Assembly (NCBI GenBank): GCA_905178155.1
Contig: CAJINV010000005.1
Coordinates: forward strand, 6,780,153 to 6,844,152
Length of the DNA stretch: 64,000 nucleotides
From: Amoebophrya sp. A120
Taxonomy: Eukaryota; Protista; Dinoflagellata
Direction: 5' to 3'
Numbering within the stretch: position 1 is the first letter of the stretch; the number at the start of each line of letters is the position of its first letter. Positions 1 through 13,600 of the stretch are shown piece after piece. The notes beneath the pieces were generated by a model. That model was not told the DNA's origin. It worked only from the letters and a program-made list of their open reading frames with translations, and searched no databases. The position numbers and the translations under genes were made by a program.

Positions 1-128
1 AGTAGAGAGCACCAGCATCAAACTTGAAGCATAGAAAATCGTGATGTTATGGACGAGGAGCGAAACGTCTGGCTCTTGGGCAATGTTTTAGGAGTTATTC
101 TTTTTCGTAAAACAAAAGTCAAACTACC

Positions 129-3100
129 ATGTACCACCGGGGCGGAGGCGGAGCCGGTGGACCCGGCGCAGCTACTTCCCCCGAGAATTACACTGGCGCT
201 CTGCCCGACGGCAAATTTAACCTTCAAGCCGGGGGCTCGCACTCTAGTTCCTACGACCCCGATAAAAATTCGTCTCGACATAATTGCTCCCGGGCACCAG
301 ATGTTGAACTCGGGTCCGGGCAGTACCGGGATCCCGAATCGGGGGATATTGTTTACTCGCAGTCGCCACTTTGGAAGGACAAAGAGAACCACCTGCAGAG
401 CAGCACCAGCAGCTACTTCCAACTCAATTCCCGGACGGGAAGTCGGCAGCATTTGATCCTGCAGTTCCGGCAAACAACCGTGAAAGCGTTAGCAACTTTC
501 CGTGCCTGCCCGGAACTGTTCTTAACCGTCTCGCTCTTCTGCATCAGTGCGACAATTTACATTTACGTCTATTGTCTCAGTAGTTCTTCTACTTCGAGCG
601 GTTCTTCGTTGTTTTTCGCCGATGCAGATGATTATATGGGAATTGAAGCTGAATACGAAAGAACAAATAGAAGAATAACCGCCGGTGCTGCAGCTTCAAC
701 ATCTGCACAAGAAATAAATCTCGAAGATGAACTGCCTACAAAGAGGACTTCCATGACGGCACTCCCAACCACAAACATCGACCCCGCGGAGGCGGGTATC
801 ACACCTATGGACCCGAAGAAATTTTCAACTTTAAGTACGACGAGTTCCGCGACCCCGGTGGTTTTGCCGACGTCTAGGAAGGCACGGAAGGTGACGGATT
901 CTTTTCTCTCGGAGAGCTCGAAAAAGAATCACGCGGAACGACTAGCGAAATTTGGCCAGTATGTGAAAAGAAAAAATGCTTCTTCAACAACATCTTCCAA
1001 AACAACCAAGGATACAACAAAAATCACACCACCACCGCAAGCTGCCGCACCCAGCACGAAAATAGATGGCAGAATACTGAACGAGGACAAGGTGAAGAGC
1101 GCCGAGCAGGTGATTTTGACGTTGCCGATGACTATTCAGGAAAAAACCGCGTTCGAACTAGCAATAGAAATTTCGGACTACATGCAAACCAATTTCGAGG
1201 ATGAGAATGAAGAGCCAAAACCTGCAGAAGAAGCGAAAGAAGCAGCAAAAACCGCAGATGACAAAGCAACTGCGGCTGCAACTGCATCATCCACAAAAGA
1301 GCAACCTGATGAAATCAAAAGTGGAAAGAAATCAGCTGCAGATCAAGTAGATTCTGCTAATACCGCAGGGTCCTCGTTCAGGATGTCGGCCATCCTCCCC
1401 CAGCAGCTATCGCAGATCATGATCAGCAAACTGAATATGGGTTCGACATCGGTAAACAACGGTCGGGATTTTGAGCAGGAGCTGGTGATATCGTTGTCGA
1501 AACAGCAAGTGGACCAGGATTTGGATGGGAGAATAGATCTGATCGAACTAATATCAAATACAAATTATGTCATCTGGGTCTGGAAGGATGCAATGTTTGT
1601 CATGCACATTTTGCATGACTCCTGATGTCTGTGATGCATGCCCTAGCATGACAGATTTTGTGAGGGCTTCTTGATGCCTATATCGCATGAGAAATGCCCT
1701 CTCGCCCTGGCAAAAACTGGACCTCTTTTGCTGTTCATGCAATTCAGATTTTCGTAGAATTCAGACGCAGCATCACAAGTTGCATCCTTCCAGACCCAGA
1801 CAGAGACATATTTGCAATGCATAGCTAACAGATCTTTTCAAAACCACCCACGTGCCGAAAGAGAAGAACAAGGACGGTTCCGAGCATTTCAACTACGACT
1901 GCGGAATGCTCGACATTTTTGACAAACTTTCTCGGGGCGAAAGTGGGGGGCTGATCGCAGCAGAGGTGGTGGACGGGGCGTATGAGATGCTGTATGGACT
2001 CGCCAGGGATCATTCACGTATTAGTGATCTGAGTTTTTGCGTATGGCATTTTTCACCATGCTTTTCATGCATCACTGGCTTACCTTTGTCTCGCATGCCG
2101 AGCATGACAAGTTTATTCCATTACAACTAAACAAAACCAGACGACCCCCCGACCCAGACGCAGCAATACTGCCCGGACGGGCAGAACTCGGTCTACGTCT
2201 GCGATGCGGGGAACAAGTCGGGCAAATTTAACGACTTCCTCACCACGGACTTCCAGCACGAGGACAATCCCGGCGCGGAACCGCTGGAGATGGACCAGAG
2301 TCTGTTATCAAATGCAAATATGTCTGGGTCTGGAGGGTTGCAAGACTTGTCATGCAGGTTTTCCATGACGTCGCGTGAGGTCTGTCATGCATGACCTAGC
2401 ATCACGGAGTTTGTGTGACCTCTAGAGATTGTTTCTCAACAACTTGGTCAAAAGTGGACAGCTTTTGGTAATCATGCAACACAGGTTTCTGCACTATCCA
2501 GAATTGGCATGACAAGTTCCACCTTTCCAGACCCAGACATATTTGCAATGCATATCTGTGTAAGCTCTACAACTTTGCTTTCAGTTCGAACATCAAGCAG
2601 GCGACGGCGGAGCAGGTGAAGCAGGTCGGGCAAGCGTGCGAGGGTTTGATGAGTACAAGCGGGCAGAATTGCTGTCACTGGGTGCCTATCAAATGTAAAA
2701 ATGTCTGGGACTGGAAGATTGCCAGGTTTGTCATGCACATTTTGCATGACTCCTGATGTCTGTGATGCATGCCCTAGCATCACAGATTTTGTGAGGGCTT
2801 CCTGATGCCTATACCGCATGACAAATGCTCTTTCCGTGTAGCGAAACTTGGACTCTCTTTGCTGCTCATGCAATACAGATTTTTTTAGAATCCAAAATCA
2901 GGTTGACAAGTTGGATTCTTCCAGACCCAGACATTTTTACAGTTGATAGTGCCGGAAGATAAAGAGAAGAACGCGTGTCGGCCTTACTACCGGGTAAGCA
3001 CTACATTCAATTATCTGAGATTGATCTGAAAAAATGTGAATCCGAATATCATCGTACTATGATAAATCTGACTACTTACTAGACTTCTGCGAGTCCCATG

Positions 3101-3767
3101 TAAAGATCATGACAGATGTTTCAAAAAAATCATAAATGAAAAATTAAAATTCCTTAGTGTCTCCAGCCTGCACCGAAGGAACCGGAACAAGTGGAGAAGG
3201 AGAAAGAAGCAGCTGCACCAGCAGCTTCCAAGACAAGCTATCCTCAGGAAAAACGTCCCCGCCGCAGAGAGAAGCTGGAAACTTTGCAACACAAATCAAC
3301 AAGGTTTGGCTGTTGCGCATGACAGGTTCTTTGGGCTCGCGGTGTAATCCTGTGTAGCTAGTGCAGCCGCATGAGAGATCGACACCCCTATCCTGATTCT
3401 AGCATGACAAACTCCCAGATAGGAGCATTGGAAGTCGCCTGTCATGTGGCTGTGCATGAGAAACTTTTTAGGCGTGTAGATTTGCAAGACAACTTGAGGG
3501 GGCATTGTTCCTCACAATACAAGCAGTTCCTGGTTCTCCTCGAGCCAAGATGCAGACGACAAAAAATCCGCGCAACCTGCCCAATATCAAGAAGTGTACG
3601 AGGACGACACGCTGGGCGACATTGGGCCTCTGTCGCACTTCTACCAGCCCGTGAAGGTGGACACGATCCTGCCGCCCTTTGGATACAAGCAGGGGGAGAA
3701 GAAGTTCAACGTGAACGGCGTCAGCGGCTCCGGGAATCCGGACGACAAACTACCCGGGGACTTGTGA
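129..3767 (+). CDS. Multi-exon membrane-anchored protein with an EF-hand motif (4 IEs, 2 GT-AG introns)
   Basis: ORF 129-1551 has a hydrophobic segment (LFLTVSLFCISATIYIYVYCL) and an EF-hand loop DQDLDGRIDLIE. The frame continues after removing IEs 1552-1823, 2306-2554, 2687-2948 and 3239-3519 and GT-AG introns 2018-2140 and 2994-3166, to TGA at 3765-3767. Confidence 0.7.
1552..1823. mobile_element. Introner element, family A
   Basis: TIR TATCAAAT..TCTGGGTCTGGAAG / CTTCCAGACCCAGA..GCATA; DR actaa/gctaa. Confidence 0.9.
2306..2554. mobile_element. Introner element, family A
   Basis: Family A TIRs; DR tctgt. Confidence 0.92.
2687..2948. mobile_element. Introner element, family A
   Basis: Family A TIRs; DR gtgcc; interior similar to 1552-1823. 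Confidence 0.92.
3239..3519. mobile_element. Introner element, family B
   Basis: TIR TATCCTCAGGAAAAACGTCCCC, right end degenerate; DR caagc. Confidence 0.88.
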
Positions 3768-4691
3768 GTGAGTGGGAGTCTGGTGGTTGCTCGCGCGTAG
3801 TTTTCCAAGAATATTGACCACGGAGGACTAGTACACACAGAACGAGCCAAGTTTTTTTCATAGCAGTTCTCGTGAGATCATGACATTGATGTTTTCTTGT
3901 GCCAGGAAGAAGAATCTGCACCGACATTTTTAGCCGTGCCACAGCGTTAGAATTTACCTAACGAATGAACGCAAAACAAGAGACTCAATATATATCGAAA
4001 AAAGAACCTCATCAACTACAAAATTGTCCAATTATTCAACGCAAGCAAGCAAGATGATTAAGCAGAAATAATAACGCGCTCGGAATGCATTCGCAAAATA
4101 GCAGATACTACACCCAGAAACGCAAAGAATTTTTTTTCAAACGACTTTCTGTCCCGACCAAATAAATGGACCTCTCTGGCGGTTGCGGCATGTTGGTGGG
4201 AACGGCCTTGACCTCGGCCTCTTGTCCTCTCGTCCGAGTTCGTTTTCTATTAAGAAACAGGAACTATTTATACTCCTCTTCGTCATTTTTTGATCAGTGT
4301 CGTTCATGATCATCACCGTCGTGGTCGTGGATTTTCGCTCGAAAAAATAACATACCTAAAATTTGGTATGTCAGTACTAGAGGGCAAGCCGTAGTACAAC
4401 CAGCACCAGGACGAGAGATTGAGACAACACTGTAATTGTGGTTTCGTCGAGTACTTCTATGATGAGGGCTGTGCAGTTTTTTGTTGAGCGTCTGGTGCCA
4501 TGAGTGAGCGTTTTTCTTCTAGCACTTTCCATCTGATGAAAGCCCAGCTATTATCGCTTCGGCAATATGAATATACAACTTATCGCGAGATTCTCTAGGT
4601 CGAGGAAGTACAACACGACGGTAGCAGAATCATCTACAGAGCTAGGCTTTCGTTTAGTGGCGGCCGGACACCAAAAACTAAACAAAAAAGC

Positions 4692-7600
4692 ATGAGTTGT
4701 ACCAACCACGGTCACAACTCTAGCTCCTCCGGGTGGACCGGAGCGAACACGACCTCGATTGAGCAGCACAAATCCACATCCTCCTCTTCCACGGCGAACC
4801 CCAACAACCCAGATGGGTCGCACCAGCTCTCGTACCGGGGTTGCTTCGGGCTCAAAGGAGACGTCCGGAACAATGTGCACTTTTTCGAGGAGTCACAAAT
4901 CGCCTACCCGGCCGGGCACACAACCGTGCTGTATTACATGGAGCAAAAGCAGCAGCGATTTTTTCCCGGGACGGAGGGAACGGAAGAGATCACCTGCATG
5001 GCGCTCTCGCCGAATAAAAAGTACATATTTTTTATTTTGTCATGCGGCTGCTGCATCAGATGACATTTTTGTCATGCGCGCTGCTGCATATGGGTTTCTG
5101 TTTGTGATGCATTTTTACCATACCTCTACCCAGGTACCTGGCCGTCGCGGAGAAAGCGACAAACCGGCACGGTGACAAGTATCAAATGTAAAATATGTCA
5201 ATTGGGTCTAGAAACTGAAACTTGTGATGCAAGTCTGTGAACGATAACTTATCGCGATAGGTGGCCAAGCATGACAAGTTTTTGAGCTCCCCCGCCGTGT
5301 TCCGTATTCCGCATGGCAGGCTTCATTTTTGCATGACAGGCAAGAGGATCTTCTTTTCGCGGCTAAGCATCACAGACGAGGTACGAATCATGCCAGACAA
5401 GCATGACAAAATCTTCATGGACTCTTCCAGACCCAGACACATTTGCAATGCATAGCAAGCCAATAGTGACGATTTACGACCTGAATTCGCTGAGGAAAAA
5501 GAAAACCTGTTGCTACCTCGACTGCGACTCCCCAATAATAATTTCCATGGCCTTTGACCAGCACTCGAAATTGTTGTTGACGCAGATGGGGCCCAGCCCG
5601 AGTGGGAAGCACGACTACACACTGGTAGCCTGGAGCTGGGAGAAGGCCAAACCAATAGCAGCGACGAAGGTATTTCTTAGCAGTAGTTGTGGTAGCGGTA
5701 GTATGCATTGAAGAGTAACGTATCGTACTAGTATAAATCGCATGACAAATTTTCTCAACAAGGAAGCTGTAATTTGTAATGCAGATTCAGGTAGGAAAGC
5801 AGATATTTGTAAATGCATGACTGCGGTTTAAATCGTCATCCCTAATTTATTACTAGGTCGGCGCCACAGGGAACGTGTACGAGGTGTCTTTCAACCCGAT
5901 TGATTCCTATCATAAGGAAAAACGTCCCCGCCCCATAGTCAAGATGGGAAATCTGCTACACAAATCCACAACTTTTAGCTGTCACGCATGACAAGTTTGG
6001 GCTCGTAGTGTAATCCTGTTTAGCTAGTAAGGCAGCATCACAGGCCTAGCGTATCGTGCTGGTTGGAGCATGGCAAATTCCGAAACACGACTGCAAGTTG
6101 CTCCTCATGGGGCTCCGCATGAGAAATATTTTGAGCATGCAGATTTGCACTACAACTCTGGGGTGGGGACGTTTTTGCTCAGGATAATTCCACGACCTGT
6201 TTCTGTATTGGCGACAACCTGTTCAAGTTTTTCAAAATCCAAGAATCGGAGAACCTCATTCGGGCGATACCCTTATCAAATGCAAAAATGTCTGGGTCTG
6301 GAAGGTTGAGGCTTGTGATGCTAACTTTGGACTCTAAAAAAAATCTGTATTGCATGATCAGCAAGAGTAGTCTAGTTTGTGCTACGCGGGGAGAGCATTT
6401 GTCATGCGGAATAGGCATCCGGAAGCCCTCTAAAAATCTGTGGCGCTAGGTCATGCATTACAGACATCCTGGGTCATGCAAAATATGCATGACAAGCCCG
6501 GCAACATTCCAGACCCAGACGTATTTGCATTCGATAACCCTACCAACTGAACAAGCTGAAAGGCGGAAGTCAGAATTATTTGTGCCATACCTGGCTGCCA
6601 GACGACCGGTTGGTAGTAGGGACAGAAGGCGGTGAGCTGTTGCTATTTGACAATCAAGGGGAGTTTCTGGAGGTACTTATGATCTATGAATACATCAAAC
6701 AAAAAAAACAAAACTTTGTCGTTGAGTTAGTGCTGGTTAATACTTTTGTGATGTTTTGTTACATCAAGGAAACGAGTGCGCAGGACAGTTCTCGACGTCG
6801 TGGATGATGCATGCAAAGTCATTTCATGCAGCATGAGAAACAAAAACTCAAACTCACACTCAAACACAGGTCGTCTCCAAATCTGAGCCCCGGTCTCTGC
6901 AGTGCATTGGCGCCTTCGGAAAGGGTTTCGTCACCGGCGGCGATATTGAAGCGGAATCCCTCGGCTTGGGCACGAATATCATGAGAAAAAAGTGTGACAG
7001 TTACACTCTCTGATGGAAGACAAACACGACAGACAACCTCTGTCATGCAGGAAATGCTTGCCAGCCTCATGTCATTCGTGTTTTCCCTTATTTTATAGTC
7101 TGCGCATCACAGGTTTTCTTTGCCATGTCGAGCAATTTTGTGATGCAGAAACTCCAACGAGTCTGTAACTGTAACACTTTTTTCCTGTGATACCGAAGAT
7201 CAACGGGTTACTCCAAGTGTACGAGAAGGTGGATGAGAAGTCTTTCCACAAAGCAAAGGAATCGGAACTGGACGGCGGCGGGATCCGGTCCATAGCGATA
7301 AGTCCCAGCGACGAGGCGCTGTGTGTTACGACAACGACGTCGCAGTTGTATAAGCTGTCACTAGTTTCGTCGGAACTGCTGAACGAGGAGGACAAAACAG
7401 GGAAGTCGTTGTTTGAACCCGTTCTCACTCCCTTCCACAACGGGGCAATCAACGGCATGGACGTCTGTTCCACGAGGAAGTCGATGGTGGTGACTTGCGG
7501 CACGGATAAGACCGTCCGGGTGTGGAACTGCGCGGAGAAGATGTGCGAATTTTCGAAGCAATTCACCGAAGAACCTCTATCAGTGACCTTGCACCCCACC

Positions 7601-10600
7601 GGGTTTCTGATGGTTTTGGGGTTTGCGGACAAGCTGCGAGCGATGAACCTGCTCATGGACGATTTGAAGACGTTTAAGGAGGTAAATAGGACTAATTTGC
7701 TTGCAATAATATGACGCATGAGAAACTCAGTTGTTTCCCTGTTGCGAACTGCATCACAAATTGAACAAATGCATTTTGTTACATACATGCAGCGCTGCAT
7801 CGCAAAATATATGAAAATAATCACTCAAAGCTCCCCGTGAAAGCCTGCCGCGAAGTACAGTTCTCCCACGGCGGGCAGTATTTCGCCGCGGTAAACGGCA
7901 CGGTGCTTCAAGTCTACCACACCTACACCTGCGAACTGCTCTGCAGTTTCCACGGGTCTTTGTCCCGCCTCCGGACCATCACGTGGTCACAGGACGACAA
8001 CTTTCTCGCCACCGGCTCGGTGGACGGGTCGATTGTCGAGTGGAATCTGCAAACCCAGACGAAAGTCATGGAGTACAACACGAAGGGCGTTTCCTACTCC
8101 TCCATACTGTTGATCACAAACTTGGTGCAGCCAGCCAATCCAACCGGCGGCACGTCGGCGCAGGCGGCGGGGAGCGCGGGACAGGGCAACAACAGCGCAA
8201 ACAACCAAAACAACCCGAATTTGCCCATGCTTAAGCAGAACAGCATCTTTGCGTGCGGCTCGGACCGGATGCTGAAGGAGATAAAATCTTCCAATCTCCA
8301 ATCCTACGTCGATTGCGGGGTTACTCTCGGACAACTCGCGTCGTATGCATTGCAAAAGTATCGTACTCGTATAAATGCATTACAAATCTCCTCAGCATGA
8401 GAAATATAATTTGCAATGCGGATTTAGCTTTAGAAAAAAATTTGTAATGCATGACTGCAATTACTACGAGCGCGATACTTTTGCACAGGATACGTCGGCA
8501 GAAAACGCGATCTTCGCCGCCATCGCAGAACCCGAATCGAAATCCGCCCCGATGCGGATTATGCATTGCAAATATGTCTGGGTCTGGACCTGTGATGCAG
8601 AACTTCAACGACAACAAGATCTGTAATGCATGAATACCATTGGCCAGTTTTTTTGTCGTGCTGGATTGCAGTTTGTAATGCTAAACACGAATGAATCGGC
8701 AAGGAGCCGAGGGAAATTTCTCATGCTTTTTTGCCGTACAAGCAGCAAGTTTGCAATGCAAGGATCAGCAACACAAGTTTCCAGACCCAGACATATTTGC
8801 AGTGCATACGGATCTACAGAATACCCATCGGCGGGAACGTCTCGGCCCTGAACCAGCAGCAGCTCCCAGGCGACAGCAGTGGTAGCATCATGCAGAATAT
8901 CCTGTGCAAAAGTATTGTATTCGTATAAATGCATTACAAATTTCCTCAGCATGAGAAATAAAGTTTGTAATGCTGCCTTACCTTTAAGAAAAAGATTTGC
9001 AATGCGTGATTGCAATACACTTTTGCACGGGATATAGAACTATTCAGCGCACTCCGCCCCGGCAACGCGACTTCGCTTGTCCTACGACGAGTCGTTGCTT
9101 TTCAGTTCCGCGGAAGATGGGTGTCTGTTCATGTTCGAGATAAAAAGGAAAGGCGCGGCGAAGAAAAAGCGGCTGCAGGAGATGGATTTTGGTCTGCAGC
9201 AGGGGGTCAGCGACGAAATTCTGGTGACGAGGCACTTTTTGGAAAACAAGCAGAAGCAGGTGTCGGTGTTGGAGAAACAGGTTGAGGATCTACTGAACCA
9301 GATCGAATTTCAGCTCTCCCACCGCGATTCATTTCACAAGGAAAAGATGAACGAGTTAGAAGACAGATACGGGCAAGAGATAGAAGCGGAGCGGGCGAAG
9401 TACGACGCTTTGCAGCAAGAGAAAGCAGAAATGGACAGCGAGTATGAGGACCACATCCTGCAAATGGAGGAATTGCACCAACGGAATCTACAGGAACTGG
9501 AATGTACTATTTTTATTTAAACACGTTAAATTTGAATGATTATGTTTATGATTTCTTGATGTTGCCCCCGCCTACTTTGCAGATTTTTACGCCTCAACAG
9601 TTAGACATCTTTTATTTCCACATCGTAACAGCTTCCTTCCAGCAGAAGATGCAAGTGGAGGCCAACCGGTTTGAGAAACTGACGCAGCAAAGGGAAAAAG
9701 AGTCGCTCATCTGGGACCAGACAGTGAAAGAGCTGATAATACAATGAAAAATGCCCCCACCCCCGAATTTGCAAAAGTTTGTCATGCAAAGTTTCCAAAT
9801 GAAAGCTTTTTGTGTTGCATGAAGGGACTGCGAGCCTTTCTGATGCAGAATCTAGGTGCGCAAGGTGTCTTGTGCATAACAGATCCGGCTGCTGTGGGGC
9901 TCCTTGGCAACACAAATTTGAGCTATTCACCATGGAAAATTTGTGATGCTGAGACATGCAAGACGGGGAACGTTTCCATTGGAAAGGTTTGCTATACAAA
10001 TGCTGCCAAGTTCTGGGAGGGGGGCATTTTTCATTGTAATAGCTGACGGAAGCGCACAACAAACGGTTGGAAACGGATAGCAAGGCCTTGGAGGTGATGC
10101 TGGTGGAGGATTCCCTAACAAGACAACGAATCATGAGCGAGAAAGTGGACGAGGAAAAGAAGCATCGGGAAAAATTGGCGCAGTTAGAATTCGACGCGGA
10201 CGGGGAGATCGACACGTTGAAGGATAAGTACGAATACCGATTAGCGCAGGAAAAGGACGAGAAGGTGAGGCTCCGGGTATCGAAAGGAAAAATCCCCCCT
10301 CCCCATACCAAAACGGGATAATTCTGGATATTTGTTATGCTGATTTGAGGTTACAAATCGTCTCTGTATTGCAAGAAAGCAAATCCAAAACCCCGCCGCG
10401 TTCTGCAGGCAGTTTGTAATGCTGTATGTACTACGGAGGACACGCCTGCCTTGCTGGCGCCTACACCAAAGCGCCCCTACTCCGGCTTTGTGTGTGCCTG
10501 CAGTCTTCTACTGCAAGACAAAGCCGATTTGTGTACACAAATCCCGCATCACAGATTTCAATTTCGATATGGGGAGGGGGGATTTTTCCTTTTGATACCG

Positions 10601-13600
10601 GGGGCAAGCGGGGATCCACAGGAAGCACCACGAGGATTTGATATGAGAATGCACAACTCCCCTTCCCCCTCACTTGTATGGCATGAACAGCAACACAAGC
10701 AGCAGCAGAAAAGGGGCTTGTTTCGCATGACAAATCTGCGTGCGGATTGTAGTACTATTTGACTGAGGTTCCAAAATTTGCCATGCTAGCAGTTTCTACA
10801 AGCAAGGTGTGAGTTTGGTATTTTGCATTACAAATGAGGGGGAGGGGGAGTTGTGCACTCTCATATATGAAAAGGCAAATGGCGAAGAAGGAGTCGGAAC
10901 TCAAGCAGCACATGGAAGAGGCGAAAAGAAAACAGGACAGGATATTATGACCTGCTCAAACGTTACAATCTGAAACGTTTGTGTTGCGCGATTAGCATGA
11001 CAGACATGGACAGCGTTCCGTTTCCTGCAATACAAATTTCGCCAGATTGTAGTGGGGTTTGGGTCTCCGGAACTTGTCATGCGCAATCCTATGAGAGTTG
11101 GCTAGATAATGCACCTCTTGCATCAGAGATTTCCATATTCTAATGTAACGTTTGAGATTGTAACACCTGAGCAGGTTATAGATATCCCAGCTGAACCGGG
11201 AGAGAGAACATAACCTGAAGGAGATCCGGGAGCGGGACAAAACGATACACGATAAAGAGCAGAAAATTTATGAGTTGAAAAAACAAAATCAGGTATAAAA
11301 AACTCTAGATTGTCGTTTTGTGTTGTCATGCTTGATCATGTGCATATTGATAGAAAAATGGAAGAGCTTTATTTATTGCCATGGTTGCTTCTCGTTCTCC
11401 GCCTCCTGTGAATCTTGTTTATTATTCATCTCAACGAAATCGAAACACGACTTCTATCAGGAACTGGAAAAGTTCAAGTTTGTGCTCGACTACAAGATCA
11501 AGGAGCTGAAGGCGCAGATAGACCCCAAAAACGACGACATCCAAGCGATGAAGCGAGATATCCAGGGAATGGATACGGATCTGGAAGAGTACCATAGGAA
11601 GAATAAACTCCTGCAGCAGAACGTATTGAAGTTGAAGATTTTTGTTTCTGCTCTAGTTAGAACTACACGCTTCGCCACAGTCGGAGCTCATCGACAATGG
11701 GCTTCCGTTTGTAGTCGGCAAGGGGGGCCTGTCGGACGACTTCCGCTTATCTTCGGATAACGGAAGACGCGCGATGGGATTCGCAACAAAAAACGAGCTG
11801 ACCTCTATCTCCAGCATGTTCCGCAAGAAATTCCGGCACCGGTATACTTTTACCGGAAGCTTCAGCGGAGGCAGAAAGCGGAGGGAGTATGATCACATTT
11901 TGGTGAGATACAGGGATCGGGGGCTCTGCACGGCCTTCAGCGTCACCGACCAAACGCACACCAGATCGGACCACAGACTGGTGACAGCACGGATCGATGG
12001 CGCGGCAGTAAGGGTCCCGAGGGCGAAGGAACGCGCCGCGAAGCAGTTGCTGCGGCAGAAAGACAAGGCAGAGGACATCGACAGGAAGCTTCGGGAGGTG
12101 TTCACCGACGCGAAGCTACTGGAGATGGAAACGGGAGACGCCACGGCAGCACAGGTCTGGGACGGGTTTGAGGACGCAGTGAAGCCACTGATGGAACAGA
12201 TGGAAGAGGACTGGAAAAAGAACAAACCGGAACAAAGGCGGAAACCATGGATAACAGACAGAACATGGAAGACGATCATGGCGAGACGGAAGGTGGCAGC
12301 GAAGGGCAGCAGCCCAAACAAAAAAGCAGAGGCAAGGCTTAGGAGGCGAATAGAGATGGAAGTAAAGGAGGACAAAGAAGCATGGACGCGCGAGAGGCTG
12401 GAGGCAATGCGGAAAGCGGACAGCAGTGGCAATGCCCGGGGGGTGTATGAGGCCGTGCGGCAGCTCTCCGGGCGGGCGCGGGCGAAAGGACAGCAGAATC
12501 TGCCGGGGGGGGAGAGGCTTCATCTCGACTTCTGGAAGACGATTCTAGGGCAGGACAGACCGGCCGCGCCAAATGCACTGCAGAACACAAAAGCCTGGGA
12601 AAGGTGCGAAAAAATGCTGACCCGGGAGCCACCGCGACCAACCTGGACCACCGAAAAGACCGGAGCGCCAACAGATGCAGAGATCGACCAAGCAGTCAAG
12701 GAAATGAAGAAAGGCAAAAGTCACGCCGGCGACTTCCCTGCCGAATTCTTCACCCACTCGGAGGCCGCAAGACGGGTCGTCCGGGTGGTGGTGAGGAAGA
12801 TTTTTGAGGGACAGCCACCGCCACAGCAGTGGCTAGATGCGGAAATAGCTCTGCTACACAAAGCCGGCGCGCGCGCCGACCCAGCAAACTATAGGCCGGT
12901 GGCTCTTCTCCATTTTGGGGAAAAGCTTACCAGCCTCATAGTGCTCAAGCGAGTCCGCCAAGCAGCATACAGAAGCGTCAACAAAAAACAAAAAGGCTCG
13001 GTCCAGGGGCTAAGCTGCAGACACGCGGTCTTCACACTCCTGCGGGACATGGAGAACGCGATCAGAAACGGGGAGACGAGGGTCTACGACTTTATCGACT
13101 TCCAAAAGGCCTATGATTCCCTGGATTGGAGCAGGCTCAACACGATACTACGGTGGCAGGGATTCCCGGAAGACCTGGCCGAACTAGTAGAAAGATTGTA
13201 CAACAGCGCCACTTTTTGTCTGAAGCTGGGGCCGGGGAACAAGAGCAGCAAAGCAGGACAGCGGTCCGGAATAAGACAAGGCTCAAGCCTGTCCCCCCTG
13301 ATCTTTGTGTTGGTTCTCGACTTCGCACTCCGAGCATTCGAGGATACAATGCAAAGCTTAGGGCGGTGGGCGAGGTGCAAAGACGACTCGTTCCTGTCGT
13401 GGCTCGGGTTTGTCGACGATCTTGTAGTGAGGTCCGACACTCCGGAAGAGGCGCAGGAGGCTCTTCTCCAGCTGCAGGCTGCTTGCCGGTATGTTGGGCT
13501 GGAGCTGAATGCGAAAAAAACAGAGACCATGACCATAGGCCTAGCCCCGGAAACAAAAAACAACGAAGACGCAAGAAAGGAACGGGTGCGGCTTGAGTGC

